32,000 nt of DNA from an uncultured Chloroflexia bacterium (lineage in GTDB: Bacteria; Chloroflexota; Ktedonobacteria; Ktedonobacterales; JADMIN01), in contig CAVRAI010000006.1 in assembly GCA_963718915.1 (NCBI GenBank), forward strand, positions 30,001-62,000. The letters run 5' to 3'. A program made the position numbers and the translations under genes. The notes under the pieces were generated by a model, which saw only the letters and a program-made list of their open reading frames with translations, was not told the DNA's origin and did no database searches. Below are positions 7,892-16,057 of the stretch, piece after piece. The first letter of the stretch is position 1. The number at the start of each line of letters is the position of its first letter.

Positions 7892-8422
7892 ATGCATCAA
7901 TTACCAGTGGCAAATAATCCTGACGTCGGCTCGCCCGAAACAGCGCCCGACGAACTCTCAACGTTGACGCTTGAAACGATCCCGCCAGTGATGCGCGCGA
8001 TTCGTACGCTGATGCGCGCCGAACGGGAGAACGACCTCACCGTTCCACAATATAGAACTCTTGGCTTCATTGGTCGGCATCACAATGCCTCGCTCAAAGA
8101 TGTGGCCGACCATTTTGGGATACCAATGTCTGGCGCCTCGCGGCTGATTGATAAGCTGGTGGATCGCAAACTCATTACCCGAACCACGGACACTTCGGAT
8201 CGCCGCAAGGTCATACTGAACCTGCTTCCCGCTGGCGAGGAACTGCGCGCCAGATCCCGCCAGCGCGCCCAGCAGGGCCTCGATGCCGCGTTTCAGCGCC
8301 TCACACAAACCGAACGAGACACCATCGCCAATGCACTGCCGCTTCTGCGCGATCTCTTCAGCAACGAAACATCGGTAGCGCGGACGACGGGCGCGACCAC
8401 CGGCGAGCCGCCTCCCTGCTGA
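7892..8422 (+). CDS. MarR family transcriptional regulator
   Basis: LTVPQYRTLGFIGRHHNASLKDVADHFGIPMSGASRLIDKLVDRKLITRTTDTSDRRKVILNLLPAGEEL is a classic winged-helix MarR core. ATG at 7892 is preferred to the GTG at 7841. Confidence 0.85.
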   Translation: MHQLPVANNPDVGSPETAPDELSTLTLETIPPVMRAIRTLMRAERENDLTVPQYRTLGFIGRHHNASLKDVADHFGIPMSGASRLIDKLVDRKLITRTTDTSDRRKVILNLLPAGEELRARSRQRAQQGLDAAFQRLTQTERDTIANALPLLRDLFSNETSVARTTGATTGEPPPC

Positions 8423-8439
8423 GCGGCGCGTCGCTCCAT

Positions 8440-8475
8440 GACGTAAGCCACGACGTAAGCCACGAGGTTAGCCGC
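8440..8475 (+). promoter_or_regulatory. tandem 12-mer (GACGTAAGCCAC x2 plus degenerate GAGGTTAGCCGC) in the MarR-ABC intergenic region; candidate operator
   Basis: Directly visible: 8440-8451 and 8452-8463 are identical, and 8464-8475 matches at 8 of 12. It sits 30 nt upstream of the ABC ATPase start. Confidence 0.3.
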
Positions 8476-8505
8476 CTTGCTCCCTTTCACTTCTTCAGCC
8501 ATTCC

Positions 8506-9333
8506 ATGAACACTATGAGGAACGCCATTGTGACTTCGCCAATTCTTGTGACATCGCATCTGACACGTGTTTTTGGGGAAATGAGAGCAGTTGATGGTCT
8601 CGATCTGGAGATTGCTCCCGGTGAGGTCTTTGGCTTGCTGGGGCCAAACGGCGCGGGCAAGTCGACGAGCATCAAGATGCTCACAACACTCCTGCCGCCG
8701 ACAGCTGGAACCGCCACGATTGCTGGCTACGATATCGTGCGACAGCAGGCGCTGGTTCGCCGGGTCATTGGTTACGTGCCACAGGCGCTTTCAGCCGATG
8801 GAACGCTCACCGGTTATGAAAACCTCCTGATCTTCGCGAAATTGTACGATGTGCCGCGCGCTATCCGTCAGGAGCGCATTGCCCACGCGCTCGCGGTGAT
8901 GGAGCTGACCGAGGTGGGTGATAAGCTGGTGCGCACCTATTCTGGCGGCATGATTCGCCGGTTGGAGGTTGCCCAGGCGCTCCTCCACGGCCCGCTGGTG
9001 CTCTTTCTCGATGAGCCAACCGTGGGACTCGATCCCGTGGCCCGTAAGGCGGTCTGGGATAGCCTGAGCGCCCTGCGCGAGCAGATTGGCATGACGATTT
9101 TCCTTACGACGCACTACATGGAAGAGGCCGACAGCCTCTGTCAGCGCGTCGCCATCATGCACCGGGGCAGAGTCGCAACCATGGGTACTCCAGCTGAGTT
9201 GAAGGCAAGCATCGACCAGCCTGGGGCAACTCTGGACGACGTCTTCGCTTACTATACTGGCCACGACCTCGACGCGGGTGGCTCGTATCGCGATGTGACG
9301 CGCGCCCGTCGCGCCGCGCGCCGACTCGGCTAG
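8506..9333 (+). CDS. ABC transporter ATP-binding protein (DrrA / ABC-2 exporter type)
   Basis: Walker A GPNGAGKST, Q-loop, signature YSGGMIRRL, Walker B LVLFLDEPTVGLD, H-loop TTHYMEEA. Confidence 0.9.
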   Translation: MNTMRNAIVTSPILVTSHLTRVFGEMRAVDGLDLEIAPGEVFGLLGPNGAGKSTSIKMLTTLLPPTAGTATIAGYDIVRQQALVRRVIGYVPQALSADGTLTGYENLLIFAKLYDVPRAIRQERIAHALAVMELTEVGDKLVRTYSGGMIRRLEVAQALLHGPLVLFLDEPTVGLDPVARKAVWDSLSALREQIGMTIFLTTHYMEEADSLCQRVAIMHRGRVATMGTPAELKASIDQPGATLDDVFAYYTGHDLDAGGSYRDVTRARRAARRLG

Positions 9334-9367
9334 TCAAACCGATCTATCGCCATGGAGAATATTCCTG

Positions 9368-10234
9368 ATGACGCTACCTACTACCACCACTACCGAGAGC
9401 AATGATCAGGCCATGCTCGCCTTCGTGCCGCTCAGCTTGAAGCAGCCGTCGCCGTTGGGCAAGGTGGCCACCTTTCTACGCAAGACGCTCACCATCGCCG
9501 AGTGGGAGGTGCGCAAACTGCGCCACGATCCCACCGATCTGCTGACGCGCGCCGTCCAGCCAGCGCTCTGGCTGCTGATCTTCGGCGAGACGTTTACGCA
9601 TATTCGCGCCATCAACACCGGCAAGGAGAGCTATCTGCAATTCATGGCGCCGGGGATTCTGGCGCAAAGCATCCTTTTTATCGCGATATTCTATGGCATC
9701 GCGGTGATCTGGGAGCGCGACCTGGGCGTGATCCATAAGTTTCTGGCAAGCCCCTCACCACGCGCGGCGATTGTCATCGGCAAGGCGCTCTCCGCAGGCG
9801 TGCGCGGGCTGTCCCAGGCGGTCATTATCTACGTGCTGGCGCTGCTGCTGGGCGTGCGGATGAACTGGAACCCACTGGCGCTGCTGGGCGTCGCGGTGAT
9901 GGTGGTCCTCGGCGCGGCCTGCTTCTCGACCTTCTCGGTGATTATCGCCTGCCTGCTACGCACCCGCGAGCGTGTGATGGGCATCGGCCAACTGCTGACG
10001 ATGCCGCTGTTTTTCGCCAGCAATGCGATCTATCCCATCGCGATCATGCCGATCTGGCTGCAATTCGTCGCCAGGGTCAATCCGCTGAGCTACGAGGTGG
10101 ATGGGTTACGCGGCCTGATGGTGGTCGGCGGCGAGCATATCAACCCTATCGGCCTGGACTTCGCCGTGATACTGGTCATCACCAGCATCCTGATTGTGCT
10201 GGCGGTGCGGCTCTATCCGCGTCTGATCCAATAG
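9368..10234 (+). CDS. ABC-2 type transporter permease
   Basis: 288 aa with ~6 hydrophobic helices. The N-terminal WEVRKLRHDPTDLLTRAVQPALWLLIFG and C-terminal NPLSYEVDGLR motifs are typical of the ABC2_membrane family. GGAGAA RBS 9 nt upstream. Follows the ATPase by 34 nt. Confidence 0.85.
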   Translation: MTLPTTTTTESNDQAMLAFVPLSLKQPSPLGKVATFLRKTLTIAEWEVRKLRHDPTDLLTRAVQPALWLLIFGETFTHIRAINTGKESYLQFMAPGILAQSILFIAIFYGIAVIWERDLGVIHKFLASPSPRAAIVIGKALSAGVRGLSQAVIIYVLALLLGVRMNWNPLALLGVAVMVVLGAACFSTFSVIIACLLRTRERVMGIGQLLTMPLFFASNAIYPIAIMPIWLQFVARVNPLSYEVDGLRGLMVVGGEHINPIGLDFAVILVITSILIVLAVRLYPRLIQ

Positions 10235-10454
10235 TCGCACTGGTTTCGTTTGAGAATAGCGGCGTCAGCTTTGGGATACGACGCCACACCGTGCATCCTC
10301 CGCAAAAACACCGATTTTCCCCGCTTTCGTCACATTGCGACGCGGGAAGTGACCCATGTCACTCGCCAGCTTTGCCCCCGGCGTGTTACCATGAACCGCG
10401 CAACTCATCCTGGTATTGGTGGTGTGGAGGTTTGGATCTCTACCAATTGGAAGA

Positions 10455-12743
10455 ATGGAGATACAGCACATGTGGGGACGGCCAAAAGCCGATGGCGCGC
10501 AACAGCAGCCCGCCGCGCCAGACGGAAGTGTCGCGGCGCCGCAGCCGATACGCACTCCCAATGACCTGCTCCGGCGCGCCGAATGGGATCGCCTTGCCGA
10601 CGCCGACCGCGAGACGTTGATGCGCCCATTCCAGGGACGCGAGGTACCGGCGTTTGGCGACGTGGCCAGCGAGGCCTCAACTCATGCCGACCTGCGGCTA
10701 CAGGACTGGGTCGCGCAGCTCATCTCGCCCAGCTTTCAGCCACAGACCGCCGCCTATGTGCGCGCCTGGCTCTCAGATGGCTCGCCCGATGGCCACCTCT
10801 ACGTCGGCGGCTTCGGTGGACAGGGGCGCACGAGTCTCGTCGCCTCGCTGGCCCGGCAGGTGATGGTCAACGCGCTGGTTCCGGTCGAGTACTGCTATGT
10901 GCCTGACCTTGATGCGCTCGGCAAGCCGATGGCGCTGGCGGTGCCGGATGACACGGGCGCGGACTTCACCGATGCGCTGCAGACCGGATTGCGCCTGATC
11001 GCCGGAAACTGGGATGGCGCCAGCGGCGAGGGTGATTCTAGCGATAATAGCAGCGATGCGAGTGCGGCCAGTGAGGGCAGCGATAGCGGCGATGGCGGCA
11101 ACACGAGCGCAAACAGCGCCAGCAACGGCGCCGCTGCCAGCCAGGAGGCCAGCGCAAGCGCGTCATCCGCACCCGCCAGTAGCCCCGACCCGGCGGCGAT
11201 TGCCCAGCAGCGCGGCACGCTCGTCACCAAGATCATGGCCATCGTGACATCGGCGGCGCCCAGCGATGACGCGCGCGCCTACGTGGCGAAGCTCACCGCG
11301 GCGTTGCAGCAGCTTGCCAGCAAGGGCGATGATCTGCCATTCGCTGAGGACAGCGTTCCTACGGCCCATGTCACCCCCACGCCCGACTCGCTGCCCGGCG
11401 GCTCGGCGGAGAAGGGCGCGCCCGTCGTCGTGGTCTCGCTGGGGCAGACCGATCTCTCAGACGCGCTGCTGCGGGCGAACGGCGGCGTGCTCATCCTCGC
11501 GGCCACCGATACGCTCGATTCGAGCACGTGGAACTCGCTCTCCACATCGCTACGCAATCGCTCGCTGCTGCTCAAGCAGGGCTGGCCCGCGATTCCGCTC
11601 TCGGTGCATGTCGTGATGATCGGTTCAAACAGCTCCTACACAGCGCTGGTCAACAATACCGAAGATTTTAGCCGGATTTTCCGCTACGAGATCTGGTGCA
11701 ACTACGATACTGAGTGGCGGCGTGAGGCCGAGGCCACCTATGCGGCCCTCGCCACTGGTGTCAGCACGCGCCACAGCCTGCCAGCCTTCGATCCATCTGG
11801 TGTCGCCCGGCTCGTCGAGGAGGGCGCGCGGCGAGTGGATGGTCTCCAGCGGACACGCCTCTCGACCGATCTGCTGCTGCTGCACGATCTGGCGCTTCAG
11901 GCGGGGCGTGTGGCCAAGGCGCGCAACTCCGCCACGACCAGCGGCCAGGATGTCGATAACGCGCTCTTCCAGCGCAGGCAGCTTCAGGCGGGCAGCGCCG
12001 AGCGGGTGCGCTACGCGATCCTCTCCGGCCAGGAGATGACGGCGACGTTTGGCGCGGCGATTGGCCAGATCAACGGCCTGGGCATCTACGAGGTTCATCC
12101 CTCGGAAGGCACGTTCGCCGTGCCGATGCGTATCAGCGCCATCGTCAGCGTCGGCAAAGACTATTCGCTGCTCGACATCGAACGCGGCGCGGAACAGGCG
12201 GACGCCGAGCATATTCGCGGCCTGATGACGATGGAGGGCTACCTGGCGAACCGTTACGGGCAGGATCGCCCGGTGAGTCTGGCCGCGCGCATCCGCTTCG
12301 AGCAGCAGCATGGCGGCACCGGCGGCGATAGCGCCTCGGCGGCGGAACTCTTCGCGCTGCTCTCGGCGCTGGCGCAGGTAGCCATCCGGCGCTCGGTGGC
12401 GGTTACCGGCGCGGTCGGCCAGTATGGCGAGATTCAGCCGATTGGTGGCGTGAATACGAAGATCGAGGGCTTCTTCGACCTCTGCCGCGCGCGACGTGCG
12501 GCGGGCGAGCAGCCCGTCGGTGGCTACGGCGCCATCATCCCCGCGGTCAACACCCGCGACCTGATGCTCCGTCCCGACGTGGCCTACTCCATCGCGCAGG
12601 AGGGCTGGTTCAGCATCTGGCCGATCAACTGGGTGGATGAAGGCATTCCCCTGCTAATGGGCGTTGGCGCCGATCAGATACACGCGCGGGTAAACGACCG
12701 CCTCAAGCGCTTCTACGAGCTGGCGACGCAGTCACGCAAGTAG
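10455..12743 (+). CDS. Lon-like serine protease (S16, COG1067/LonC-like) with degenerate P-loop and a low-complexity insert
   Basis: - C-terminal S16 domain: GGDSASAAELFALLSALAQVAIRRSVAVTGAVGQYGEIQPIGGVNTKIEGFF (catalytic Ser in GDSAS, Lys in GGVNTK).
- N-terminal GHLYVGGFGGQGRTSLV...EYCYVPDLDALGKPMALAVPDDTGADF matches the COG1067 layout, with GxxGxGR in place of GK.
Start is uncertain: GTG 10416, ATG 10455, or ATG 10469 with a GGAG 9 nt upstream. Confidence 0.75.
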   Translation: MEIQHMWGRPKADGAQQQPAAPDGSVAAPQPIRTPNDLLRRAEWDRLADADRETLMRPFQGREVPAFGDVASEASTHADLRLQDWVAQLISPSFQPQTAAYVRAWLSDGSPDGHLYVGGFGGQGRTSLVASLARQVMVNALVPVEYCYVPDLDALGKPMALAVPDDTGADFTDALQTGLRLIAGNWDGASGEGDSSDNSSDASAASEGSDSGDGGNTSANSASNGAAASQEASASASSAPASSPDPAAIAQQRGTLVTKIMAIVTSAAPSDDARAYVAKLTAALQQLASKGDDLPFAEDSVPTAHVTPTPDSLPGGSAEKGAPVVVVSLGQTDLSDALLRANGGVLILAATDTLDSSTWNSLSTSLRNRSLLLKQGWPAIPLSVHVVMIGSNSSYTALVNNTEDFSRIFRYEIWCNYDTEWRREAEATYAALATGVSTRHSLPAFDPSGVARLVEEGARRVDGLQRTRLSTDLLLLHDLALQAGRVAKARNSATTSGQDVDNALFQRRQLQAGSAERVRYAILSGQEMTATFGAAIGQINGLGIYEVHPSEGTFAVPMRISAIVSVGKDYSLLDIERGAEQADAEHIRGLMTMEGYLANRYGQDRPVSLAARIRFEQQHGGTGGDSASAAELFALLSALAQVAIRRSVAVTGAVGQYGEIQPIGGVNTKIEGFFDLCRARRAAGEQPVGGYGAIIPAVNTRDLMLRPDVAYSIAQEGWFSIWPINWVDEGIPLLMGVGADQIHARVNDRLKRFYELATQSRK

Positions 12744-12778
12744 GCTGCGAATCTCTCTCCCAGCGCCCTCTCCCCTAA

Positions 12779-12803
12779 CCCCCTCCCCTAAAGTGGGAGG
12801 GGG
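12779..12803 (+). terminator. GC-rich hairpin downstream of the Lon-like gene
   Basis: CCCCCTCCC-ctaaagt-GGGAGGGGG, a 9-bp perfect stem 36 nt after the stop. No clear U-tract. Confidence 0.35.
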
Positions 12804-12846
12804 ACCAGAGCGTTTGCTGACGGGCAATAGTAGCTACTGGCGCCAC

Positions 12847-13300
12847 GCCGTAGGCTGAAGACCTACAGCTAATCCTTGCAAACGTGTACTCCTATGTCTT
12901 TTAGTAAGGTCAATAGAGAGCGTAAGCTGCGGCATGATGAGCCTTCGGCATGACCTCCGAAGAGTGTGCCAGGGCGTGCGAACCGGAGCCTGCCCATTCG
13001 CCGTAGCGTTATGAACGTTCACTTTATATTCCGAACACCACACGTCGTGGCGGGCGAGGCAGGCCGGAGCATAATGTACTTTTACCATGTACGACGGACA
13101 CGAGCATTGCGATGGGGTGAGCGTGCCGGAAGCCCAAAGGCCCCGGCGAATGGGTAGGGAAATTCGCCGTAGCGTTCACGCTACGGTCTGCCTCACCTAC
13201 CACGACGTAGGGTGTTCGGATGAAAAAGTAAATCACATAACGCTACGGCCTGCTCGCCCTACCGCGACGCATGGTGTTCGGCGTTTATTCCAAACATTCA
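12847..13300. repeat. cluster of short interspersed palindromic repeat units (family A: hairpin GCCGTAGCG-ttca-CGCTACGGC plus flanks; ~60-nt units in direct and inverted orientation)
   Basis: - The 35-mer GGyCTGCyTCrCCyrCCrCGACGyrkGGTGTTCGG occurs at 13187-13221 and 13246-13280 (direct) and at 13030-13064 (inverted).
- Hairpin core at 13165-13187, with partial cores at ~12990-13005 and ~13238-13246.
- GCCGTAGGCTGAAG at 12847-12860 recurs at 31321-31334.
The small ORFs across this region translate to repeat-derived peptides and are not credible genes. Confidence 0.6.
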
Positions 13301-13336
13301 TCATGCTGCGAACGGCCCCAATCAATCCAAGGCCTT

Positions 13337-13417
13337 TCACTCTTCCAGCCACTCGGTGATGAACCGCTTGCTGGCGTGGATGTCGATCTGCCAGAGCGAT
13401 CCCTCGCTGATATTGCG
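13337..13417 (-). pseudogene. 3'-terminal fragment of a cupin gene (paralogue of 15119..15463)
   Basis: Minus-strand translation NISEGSLWQIDIHASKRFITEWLEE* compares with the intact cupin C-terminus NIGEGTLQQIDIHASKRFITEWLED*. DNA identity to 15119-15200 is ~80% over ~80 nt. Similarity is lost upstream. Confidence 0.55.
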
Positions 13418-13599
13418 GTCCCTTACCCCGTCCCGAATCTGTCTCCGCCCTGAGGTTAGCACGGGACTAGACCTGCGGTCTCCGCTTCCAGGTGGTGCGT
13501 AGCTGGCGTGTCGTCGTCTATCTTGCTTAGAAACGTGAGCGCTTCTCGCGTTCTAGTGCCGACACAGAATATGCGACAGAATATGCGCAAGAGGGAGCC

Positions 13600-14991
13600 A
13601 TGACAACGATCGAACTTGCTCCAGGAGTGTCTCAGTCCGCAACGCGCGCTGAGCGGTACGCTTACGGCAAGTCCTTGCGTACCCAGGTCCCCCATAACAG
13701 TCATGGAGAGTGGGCTCCAGCGACTGACAGGCCTGATCCGCTCACTCTGCTCGAGGAGCAGAACCGCACTCGTTTGCCGCAACTGGCGCCGATCCGCATG
13801 GGACGTATGTCGCTGTCCCCGTTCGCATTCTTACGTGGCGCAGCGGTGGTCATGGCGTCTGACCTGGCGACGACGCCCGTCTCGGGTATCACGGTGCAGC
13901 TCTGCGGCGATGCGCATGTGAGTAACTTCGGCGGCTTCGCTACGCCAGAGCGCGACCTAGTCTTCGACGTGAACGACTTCGACGAGACCTTGCCAGGAGC
14001 ATGGGAATGGGACGTGAAGCGGATGGCTGCCAGCATCGTCGTCGCTGGTCGAGACAATGGGTATTCGGCTCACGATATCAGGCAGGCAGTCGTAAGGAGT
14101 ATCCAGCAGTACCAGACCGTGATGCACCAAGGGGCCAACATGACTTGCCTTGATGTGTGGTACACGCACATCGATGCTGAACACCTATCGGCGCACGTGA
14201 AACACAAAGAACAGGATCGTATTCTGAAGGATGAAAAGCGGGCGGGTCACCGCACGAACGAGGGGGTCTTTCCCAAACTGGCTGAGGTGGTTGATGGGCA
14301 GTACCGCATCAAGGATGACCCGCCTCTGATTGTGCACGTACAGCAACTGGGCAAGACACAACAAGCCGAAGCCGAAGCGATCAAGGGCTATTTTGAGGCC
14401 TATGCGCAAACACTGCCAGATGATCGCAAGGTGCTGCTCAGCAAGTATCGCGTCGTCGACATAGCGTTGAAAGTGGTAGGAGTGGGCAGCGTTGGAACAC
14501 GCTGTTGGGTCGTGCTGCTCATGGCAGGCGGGGATGGAGACGACCCTCTCTTCCTGCAGGTCAAGGAAGCAGATGCATCGACACTCGAGCCCTATTTTGG
14601 CAAGAGTGTTTACGCCAACAATGGCGAGCGCGTGGTGCAGGGGCAGCTCCTGATGCAGGAAGCGAGTGACATCTTCCTGGGCTGGACACGAGGCAAAGAG
14701 GTCGACTTCTATGTGCGGCAGTTGCGCGATATGAAGTTTTCCGCGGATATTGCGACGATGACGAAGAAGATGTTCGATTCCTACACCTGGTTATGCGCTT
14801 CGGCGCTTGCGCGAGCGCATGGCCGTAGCAGCGACCCCGCCCAAATCAGTGGCTACCTGGGCCACAGCAATGCGTTTGCACACGCGATTGCCCGCTTTGC
14901 CGAGACCTATGCTGACCAGACTGAACTCGACCACGCGGCGTTGCTCGCGGCTATCAAGAAGGGCCGCATTCAGGCGAAGGTCGACGTATAG
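13600..14991 (+). CDS. DUF2252 domain-containing protein
   Basis: RMGRMSLSPFAFLRGAAVVMASDLATTP..GITVQLCGDAHVSNFGGFATPERDLVFDVNDFDETLPGAWEWDVKRMAASIVVAGRDNG is the hallmark DUF2252 N-terminal block. 463 aa is a typical length. Confidence 0.8.
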   Translation: MTTIELAPGVSQSATRAERYAYGKSLRTQVPHNSHGEWAPATDRPDPLTLLEEQNRTRLPQLAPIRMGRMSLSPFAFLRGAAVVMASDLATTPVSGITVQLCGDAHVSNFGGFATPERDLVFDVNDFDETLPGAWEWDVKRMAASIVVAGRDNGYSAHDIRQAVVRSIQQYQTVMHQGANMTCLDVWYTHIDAEHLSAHVKHKEQDRILKDEKRAGHRTNEGVFPKLAEVVDGQYRIKDDPPLIVHVQQLGKTQQAEAEAIKGYFEAYAQTLPDDRKVLLSKYRVVDIALKVVGVGSVGTRCWVVLLMAGGDGDDPLFLQVKEADASTLEPYFGKSVYANNGERVVQGQLLMQEASDIFLGWTRGKEVDFYVRQLRDMKFSADIATMTKKMFDSYTWLCASALARAHGRSSDPAQISGYLGHSNAFAHAIARFAETYADQTELDHAALLAAIKKGRIQAKVDV

Positions 14992-15118
14992 TAATCGTTC
15001 CCAAGAAGCGAGTATCTATGGCATCTCGCAGCGCACACGAACGTGCGCCGGATGTGGTCACGCCGTGCATCTCGAATACTTGCGTAGCGCCTTTGGATTG
15101 TGTCAGCGCTGGCCGTTG

Positions 15119-15463
15119 TCAGTCTTCCAGCCATTCGGTGATAAACCGCTTGCTGGCATGGATGTCGATCTGCTGTAGTGTCCCCTCGCCGATGTTCACG
15201 AACTTGTGCGGCGTCTCCGGCGGAACGATGATGATCTGCCCCGGCTGCCCTTCGAGCGTCTCCGCGCCAACAGTAAAGAGTGGGCGGCCCTCCTGGACGA
15301 TGAAGATCTCTTCATATGGATGCTTGTGCAGCTTCGGCCCTGCTCCAGGTGGCAGGTCTACCCAGATGAAGGAGACGCTGCTATCCCCGTGCAGGTAGCC
15401 CTCGAACTCGTAGCTGCCGACGCCTTCCCGAATATCATCCCGGTGCAAGATTGTATAGGACAT
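15119..15463 (-). CDS. cupin domain protein
   Basis: GPKLHKHPYEEIFIVQEGRPLFTVGAETLEGQPGQIIIVPPETPHKFVNIGEG contains both cupin motifs (H.H...E and P....H.f.N.G). Strong RBS GGAGAGGAGG 6 nt before the ATG at 15463. The longer ORF extension to 15814 was rejected. Confidence 0.8.
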   Translation of the reverse strand: MSYTILHRDDIREGVGSYEFEGYLHGDSSVSFIWVDLPPGAGPKLHKHPYEEIFIVQEGRPLFTVGAETLEGQPGQIIIVPPETPHKFVNIGEGTLQQIDIHASKRFITEWLED

Positions 15464-15806
15464 CCACGTCCTCCTCTCCATGCAGTGCAACACAGCGCTA
15501 CTGATGTGGGTCACTGCTGGAGAGCGTACATCAGGGTCGCTGCAATCGCCTACAGCGCATAGACCTTGAAGTCGCTCAGTCGCAGCGTCCGTGTAATCAA
15601 AGCGGGTCGCGTCTGTGGAGAGCAGTGGCGTCTGGGTGGCGCTCGCCTGACTGGCGACGTGGCCGTCGATCAGCAGGCTCCTCGTCGAGGACGCTTCGTC
15701 GCCCAGCGGGAACGCTGCTGCCCTCCTGTTCGTCTGGCTCACATCGGCGACTGTAGGGTGCGCCAACGCCCATTTATGAGATGCAGATGTGCTAAGCATT
15801 GGTTGC

Positions 15807-15835
15807 TTGACCACGTAGTATATCTATGCTAGATT
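15807..15835 (+). promoter_or_regulatory. candidate sigma-70-type promoter for the TPR-lectin / TIR-TPR operon
   Basis: TTGACC (15807-15812), 17-nt spacer, TAGATT (15830-15835). This would give a ~215-nt leader before the GTG at 16058. Sequence match only. Confidence 0.35.
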
Positions 15836-16057
15836 CTGGAAGCCAGGTATACTGGCATTCCTGGCGCATGCACCCGCTCGGAGAGCGATTCCACTCCACC
15901 TGTGTGCGGGAAGAACATAGGTCATTGCGTGCCGTACAAGGGATGACCTCGATGTGATGACGATGCTGACGCTGCTATGGAACCTGTTCTCGTGCATGTC
16001 CCCGCCCTCCTCTTGATTGGCCCGTTTTGCGCTTGATGCAGAAGATGGAGAGTTCGA

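Noticed and set aside
10250-10680. Small overlapping ORFs (98-109 aa) in the region between the permease and the Lon-like gene
   Set aside because: They overlap each other in multiple frames, have R/C/G-rich composition and lack an RBS. The region is better treated as the 5' leader or promoter of the Lon-like gene.
11625-12311. 228-aa minus-strand ORF inside the Lon-like gene. Similar antisense ORFs occur at 16673..17326, 18844..19611 and 30353..30853.
   Set aside because: These are shadow ORFs opposite genes with clear domain signatures. They have no motifs and an R-rich composition.
12960-13300. Possible CRISPR array, because of regularly spaced palindromic repeats (~60-nt period)
   Set aside because: The units are contiguous and degenerate, some are inverted, and there are no unique spacers of constant length. 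No cas genes are nearby. It is better explained as REP/MITE-like interspersed repeats.
15464-15814. 5' extension of the cupin ORF (231-aa version starting at 15814)
   Set aside because: The extension has no cupin or other domain signal. A strong RBS (GGAGAGGAGG) precedes the internal ATG at 15463, which gives a normal ~114-aa single-domain cupin.
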